Made by a program: the position numbers and the translations under genes | Shown here: positions 57,401-64,000 of the stretch, piece by piece | Position numbering within the stretch: the stretch's first letter is position 1 | Layout of the letters: each line of letters opens with the position of its first letter | Notes under the pieces: generated by a model | What the model was told of the DNA's origin: nothing | Databases searched by the model: none | The model's input: the letters and a program-made list of their open reading frames with translations, nothing else | DNA from: Malacoraja senta | Lineage: Eukaryota | Assembly (NCBI GenBank): GCA_038087875.1 | Contig: JAXLNO010003717.1 | Coordinates: 1-64,000 of the forward strand | Length of the DNA stretch: 64,000 nt | Direction of reading: 5' to 3'

Positions 57401-60147
57401 CTGATCTCTCTCTCTCTCTCTCTCTCACCCACCCAACCCCATTCTCCTGCCTTCTCCCCATAACCTCTGACACCTGTACTAATCAATAATCGATATCTAT
57501 CTCTGCTGTGAAAATATCCACTAAAAGTACCCAATGCCTTAAGCTGGCAGAGACACACAGGCGGCAGGCAATTCAGGCGGTTAGTAGGCAGGGACAATAG
57601 ACAATATGTGCAGGAGTAGGTCATTTGGCCCTTCGAGCCAGCACCGCCATTCAATGTGATCATGGCTGATCATCCCCAATCAGTACCCCGTTCCTGCCTT
57701 CTCCCCATATCCCCTGACTCCGCTATTTTTAAGAGCCCTATCTAGCTCTCTCTTCAAAGCATCCAGAGAACCTGCCTCCACCGCCCTCTGAGGCAGAGAT
57801 GACCTTGATGTGCAATGATGCATTATAACAGCAGCAATAGATATTTCTCTGCTACATTACCAGTGGTAATGTTCATTGTGATTGAGTAGTTAACTACCAA
57901 ATCTACTGAAGGAAGTGAGTATTTGCATTAGATGCAGTTTAGAGAATGTCCTTGGCTTAAAAAGAAAGGCTAAGCAGATTGGAACTAGTCACTGGAACTT
58001 AGCGTGAGAAGCTATTCTTCAAAATTCAACATTGAGAGAGCGGAGATGAAGACGGGAGGGGGAATCTAAAGCTAGGAACGTTGTTTTCACAATCATTTAA
58101 GGCAGGGGAAGAGGAGGAATTTCCTCACTCAGATGGCCGTCAATCCATGAACTTCCTGCTCCATCTCAGTGTGCTCTACACAGAAGGGAAACAAGGACCT
58201 GTATGCATTGGTAGACAAAAATGCTGGAGAAACTCAGCGGGTGCAGCAGCATCTATGGAGCGAAGGAAATAGGCAACATTTCGGGCCGAAACCCTTCTTC
58301 AGACCAAGATCAATATTATCAGTGACTCGTTGAAACACTTAAACGGTCGATTTAATTTTGAATCGGGATTGTAATTTGTTTCCATGTAAAAAAAAAAGCG
58401 AATCATGCAAACTTTAAGATATTAATTTCAAATGATTTTTTGTGAAGACCAATATTTTTAATGACATAAAGTAGGAAGATGGGTCACTAAATTGAAGCAG
58501 GGCTTCAACCCAAAAGATGAAAAATGGTTATTCACTATTATTTTTCACATGCAGAACCATCACAGACTGCCACAGCACAAAAAGTAGATTAATTGCTCAT
58601 ATGAACCATCAAACTCTTCATTATTCCGTCCATTACTATTTTAAAAGATTCCATATTTCCATACTTCATAATTTTTTGGCTGTTTTCTGACCATCTTCCA
58701 GTCCTGTGCCGTGGTATTCTTAAGCATGGGCGTCTCATTCTCATCTTCACAACATGGATAATCTCAAGAACAAATTAACTTCCCCAATAGTTCACACCCT
58801 GTGGCTAATCTTTCCACTGTTGACGCCTTCAGTATCTCAGTCCTCGGCTTATCCCCAGATTTATTTTCCAGCTAAAATCTCGGCATCTGCTTCTACAGAC
58901 CAAGTGACGGCCACATCTCTCGACTTCATCGCCATCTCCCGACTCCCCCGCCTTCTGTAAACAGTCGCACTTCTTGCCCAACAGCCAGAGTTAACACGTC
59001 CTCAAGCACCGAGAAGCTGAAGGCATTGTTTTCTTGTTTTACATTACAAACCCGATCCCTGATCGCCGACTCCATCTGCCCTGATCAACAGTGATGGTGA
59101 AGCAGTCTGTTTGCAATCTCTGTGGTGATCTGACCTAGGGATAAACTCCCAACCTCCTGCCCACTACATCGCTAGAGAATGATTCATTTGCTCCATATCA
59201 TTGCCCAAGTATGTTCCCAGTTCAACTCGTCTGCTGCTGAAACGTTTTCTACACCTTATTTCTGGACTCAGACCCAGTGAACATTTGGCCTTACAACACT
59301 TTTCAGCAGAGTGTAAACTTGAGGCCCAGCTTAACTCTGTGCATGCCAGTGCTCGTTCAGCAAACTCCTTCACAAATCTATTTAGGCACCAAGCTGGCAA
59401 ATGCTCTCCAGCCCTGGCAGTCTCAGTGACCTCCTCCAGCCCGACAATCTTGCGAGGTGCTCCCAACCCTCCCAGCTCAGCTCTCGAGCAGCCCTGATTG
59501 TAGTGGTCCAGTGAGGATGGCCATAACGTCACAAGGCAAGGCCCCAGGCTCTGCAAATGTTCCCACAACCTCTCCATCATTTCTCTTCTCATCACTCATC
59601 AAAAAACCGCACCTTCCCCCAAGCTCTTGGTCGTACACTTCGTGGGTCAGGGTCAAATTATGTCGGGTACCATTTCCAAGATGTGGCTTTGGAAAATGTC
59701 ACCATATTATGGACACTGTGCAAATGTGCTGTTGTTCAGGAGAACTAGTTACTTTTATTAAGGTAGGAATAACAACATTTGAAAGAAATTTGGACAGGTA
59801 CAAATGTGGTGGGAGATTGCAACCTTCACGTGGTCCACCCTGTTTCGACGAATGCAATCAACCCCGACATGCACAAACAAATAGACCAAATAGAACAAGT
59901 TGTCCTACAATTTTAGGCTGTGCACGCCATACGCAAGAAGAAGGTGGTACATAGATAGGAAAGATTTAGAGGGATATGGGCCTAGCTTAGGCAGGTGGAC
60001 TGGCGTAGATGGGGCATTTCGGCCAGCCTGGGTAAGCTGCGCCAATGGGGCCTGTTTCTATGCTGTGCGTCTCTGTAAAAACTTATAATGGAGGTGGGTG
60101 GCAAAGCAACAACAGAAAACACAACAGAAAATCGAGTACTACCAGAT

Positions 60148-60771
60148 CTTTGCAGTTGTATAGGGCTCTGGTGTACAGGGCTCTGGTGTACAGGGCTCTG
60201 GTGAGACTACATCTGGAGTATTGTGTAGTTTTGGTCTCCTAATTTGAGGAAGGACATCCTTGTGATTGAGGCAGTGCAGCGTAGGTTCACCAGCTTGATC
60301 CCTGGGATGGCGGGACTGTCATATGAGGAAAGATTGAAAAGACTGGGCTTGTATTCACTGGAGTTTAGAAGGATGAGGGGGAATCTTATAGAAACATATA
60401 AAATTATAAAAGGACTGGACAAGCTAGATGCAGGAAAAATGTTCCCAATTGTGGGGCGAGTCCAGAACCAGGGGCCACACAGTCTTAGAATAAAGGGAGG
60501 TCATTTAAGACTGAGGTGAGAAAAAACGTTTTCACCCAGAGAGTTGTGAATTTATGGAATTCCCTGCCACAGAGGGCAGTGGAGGCCAAATCACTGGATG
60601 GATTTAAGAGAGTTAGATAGAGGTCTAGGGGCTAGTGGAGTCAAGGGATATGGGGAGAAGGCAGGCACGGAGGGTATTGATAGGGGGACGATCAGCCATG
60701 ATCACAATGAATGGCGGCGTTGGCTCGAAGAGCCGAATGGCCTCCTCCTGCACCTATTTTCTATGTTTCTA
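60148..60771 (+). mobile_element. CR1 LINE 3' fragment
   Basis: QLYRALV..HLEYC, IEAVQRRFT, tail. Confidence 0.9.
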
Positions 60772-62577
60772 TTTAAAATGAACTGAAAATCACACCCTCC
60801 GTTCAGATGGTTTCTGCGCTGTAGTCAGAACTGAAACCGAGATTTGTTATTATTCCATAAACCGTTCTCTAGTAATGCTTATTCAATTCACAGACCAGAA
60901 ACATCAACACATCTTCAGTATTATATACTTGAGGTCCACCCTTGAAAAACTCAATTAAAATTTCTATTTTTTATCTTTAATACAAAATATCAGCCCCCTA
61001 AACCTGACCCGAAACAATTAGTCAAGTTTTTGGTTTGAAGACATACAGGCAACAGACACGTAACTACCTACATTTGAAATCCCTCCTTGATCACCCAGTG
61101 GAAATCAGAGTGGCGTAAAACAAAAACTGATGGAATAATTGAAATTCTCTTGGACTGAATCCTCTGCCTTGGCCCACAGTTAAGACATACCCCAGTCCCA
61201 TCAAGACACCATTCAAGAACTTAAATACTGACCAAGATGATTGGGACTGTGTCAATGGCTCGTGGAAGCTCATAGTTATAGATTCACATTAAAAAATGGA
61301 ATAATGTGAACAATAATCTCTGGAGGCTACATAAATAGACATAATCTCCAAATCTAGGCTGCTGACAATGGTGGATTCAATTGGGAGGATCCATGAGTTG
61401 AGGCCAGTACAGATCACCCATTTTGAATGGTGGGGCAGGCTTATAGAGTCTGGTGGCCCATTCTCATCTTCTCATGGACTTTCCTTTTATAGCGTGCACT
61501 CAACCTTGCTTGTTGCGCTTCGCACTGAATACACAATTGAGAACAATTACAACTTTGAATGAATAAAAGCAATGATGGACTAAATCGGCAGAGTGGGATA
61601 CGCTGGCTGGCAACAAAAAAAAACTGCTGCCTGTGCCCTTGAGAGATGAGCTTTGAATAATAAATCACGGATGTGAGACTAATCAGAAATAGTTTATGTT
61701 AATAGCAAACAAGATATAAATGCTGTGGCAAGTATTTAGAAGTGATGAAGTTAGTCTTTTCTGTAAACACTCAGACGTGCTTCTTAATGCCAGACTGAGC
61801 CATGCAGACAACAGACAATCTAATTATCCATGAACATGTACCCCACAAATCATAGTGTAATTTAAACTCTGCCCAACTTTGACCATTTAACAAAGCACCC
61901 AAATATTGCCCCATATAATTTATTTTTTATTTTTTAAAGAAACCCAATTTACCGTACTCCAAGGAAATCAGAGTTTAAATTATTTTGTTTGCAAATGCTA
62001 TCTGGAATAATTCATAGCAGCAAGGGATGACGACAGCTCTCCCAGCATTGCACCCAATTAATTGAAGCCCGAGGCATTAATTAATCAGAAACACCCATTA
62101 TATTCACTCAAATTACCAGCCACTAGCCGAAGAATGCTACACATAAAATATAGAACGAGTGTGGTCCAAAAAGTTACCGACGCCACGCTTTGCGGTGTTA
62201 TTTTTTTTTTTGTTAACTCCCATCTCAGTCTCCACAGCCCTGCTACAAGTTGTCAAGTGGCAATCGTGGAACAGTTAGAGCTCGGTTTGATCTCCTTTCA
62301 GTCTTTTCTACCTTCAATGGAACTTTTTAAAAAAGAAACGCAACCAATAGCACTTCCAGCTTATTCAACGTGTACCGAGGTACAGTGTAAAGCTTTTGTT
62401 GTGTGCTAACTAGTCAGCAGAAAGGCAATGCACGATTACAATCGAGCCATTCACAATGTACAGATACATAAGCGACTTTGAGTCCTGAAAAGCGCTATAT
62501 AAATAAAATCTATTATTATTATTATTATTATGATAAGGGAATAACTTTTAGTGCAAAATACAGAGTTTAGTGCAAGA

Positions 62578-63320
62578 TCTCAATGGGGTTAGGTTAGGTA
62601 AGGGGGAGGTGCAGCGAGACCTGGGCGTCCTTGTACACCGGTCACTGAAAGTTGGCGTGCAGGTACAGCAGGCAGTGAAGAAAGCTAATGGAATGTTGGC
62701 CTTCATAACAAGAGGATTTCAGTATAGGAGTAAAGAGGTTTTCCTGCAGTTGTATAGGGCTCTGGTAAGACCACATCTGGAGTATTGTGTACAGTTTTGG
62801 TCTCCTAATTTGAGGAAGGACATCCTTGTGATTGAGGCAGTGCAGCATAGGTTCACGAGATTGATCCCTGGGATGGCGGGACTGTCATATGAGGAAAGAT
62901 TGAAAAGACTAGGCTTGTATTAACTGGAGTTTAGAAGGATGATCTTATAGAAACATATAAAATTATAAAAGGACTGGACAAGCTAGATGCAGGAAAAATG
63001 TTCCCAATGTTGGGCGAGTCCAGAACCAGGAGCCACAGTCTTAGAATAAAGGGGAGGTCATTTAAGACTGAGGTGAGAAAAAACTTTTTCACCCAGAGAG
63101 TTGTGAATTTATGGAATTCCCTGCCACAGAGGGCAGTGGAGGCCAAGTCAATGGATGGATTTAAGAGAGTTAGATAGAGCTCTAGGGTCTAGTGGAGTCA
63201 AGGGATATGGGGAGAAGGCAGGCACGGGTTATTGATAGGGGACGATCAGCCATGATCACAATGAATGGCGGTGCTGACTCGAAGGGCCGAATGGCCTCCT
63301 CCTGCACCTATTTTCTATGT
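62578..63320 (+). mobile_element. CR1 LINE RT and 3' fragment
   Basis: ORF 62570..62923 is CR1 ORF2; the tail ends at 63320. Confidence 0.9.
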
Positions 63321-64000
63321 AATAACTTTTAGTGCAAAATAGTCAGTAAAGTCCGAGTTTAGTGCAAGATAAAGCCAGATCCTACACAACACTCCCCGTG
63401 GATTGGATTACAGAATGTGTAGATCCTCAAGCCATTCCAAGTCAGACAGAAATCATCTTGACATCGTTGCAAGTAGAAGTGGCTTCCAGAAGTGAGGTGG
63501 TCACACCCTACTGCACAATCTCGAAGGCAATCTGCTCTTTGACAGGATTACTAAAAGCAATGCAACAAAATATGAACAGCTACCGGAACTTTCAATCACA
63601 TTTCTTTGTGTCGGTTTATTTTCCCCTTGTAACAGAATGTCAATCACCAGACAGACCTGGTTAGATTATGAAGGCAACTAAAAGTTTTACACAATGAAAG
63701 TGCAGTGGAAAAGGAAATGAGTAAAGAAAAAAGTCTTGGCTGGGATGCATTATAAGGGTGACTGCCAGAGCCCCAAAATGGCAGCCAAGCTCAATTGGAA
63801 AATGAGTCTGAAGTACAGGAGGAGAGAGAATGGAAAGAGAAAACTATGAACCATCAGCAAAGAAAAACCACACCACAAGAGTTGGAAATCATTTAAGAAT
63901 AGATAAATGGAAAGGAACAGAATTCAACAGTGCAGAGCAGCTGCGGGCAAGAAGGAAAGCAAACAGCTGACACTATAGGAAACAACTCTGGCAGTCAAGT

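Noticed and set aside
62010-62040. miRNA-like seeds: TAGCAGCA (62015, 43813), AAAGTGC (14073, 41441), AATTGCAC (54918)
   Set aside because: No match to mature miR-15/16, miR-17 or miR-363 beyond the seed and no evident hairpin; several lie inside L2 or CR1 tails.
535-63146. Recurrent short ORFs (MIMADHPTQY..., MAVQARRAEW..., MLEKLSGCSS..., KGLDPKRHPF...)
   Set aside because: These are frames of CR1 tails and the PLE-derived module, not genes.

Overview
Vertebrate genomic DNA. The repeat families (CR1 LINE tails, tRNA-derived V-SINE/HE1-like SINEs, L2, Rex1-like, Neptune-type Penelope) point to a cartilaginous fish such as a skate or ray; this is an inference. Two genes on the + strand are well supported. 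(1) A single-coding-exon P2Y2/4/6-like nucleotide GPCR (3984-5041) with one 1-bp frameshift at ~4611. (2) A complete 10-exon, 287-aa FAM122/PABIR-family PP2A-B55 inhibitor (15325-42306), reconstructed by hand from GT-AG exons with consistent phases; the ORF track misses it. There are also a possible small RFX X-box-driven two-exon gene on the - strand (9074->5755) and a CpG-rich first exon preceded by about 9 same-orientation YY1-like motifs (46.0-48.2 kb). The most striking non-genic signal is a Penelope-like retroelement system. A Neptune-type RT/GIY-YIG fragment (52.0-53.2 kb) ends in a minimal hammerhead-ribozyme-like motif (CUGANGA-A-GGGU[YNCG]RCCC-GAAAC-GUH). That 3' end has spread as more than 20 short non-coding copies, many of them palindromic, with 12-17 bp target-site duplications. 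One copy has captured 126 bp of a neighbouring copy's flank, and one tail has seeded a 76-bp tandem array. A separate RTE-type 5' element with HDV-ribozyme-like helix order lies at 12717-13140. There are two assembly gaps (15486-15905, 53200-53399). All analysis was by eye; no database searches were run.
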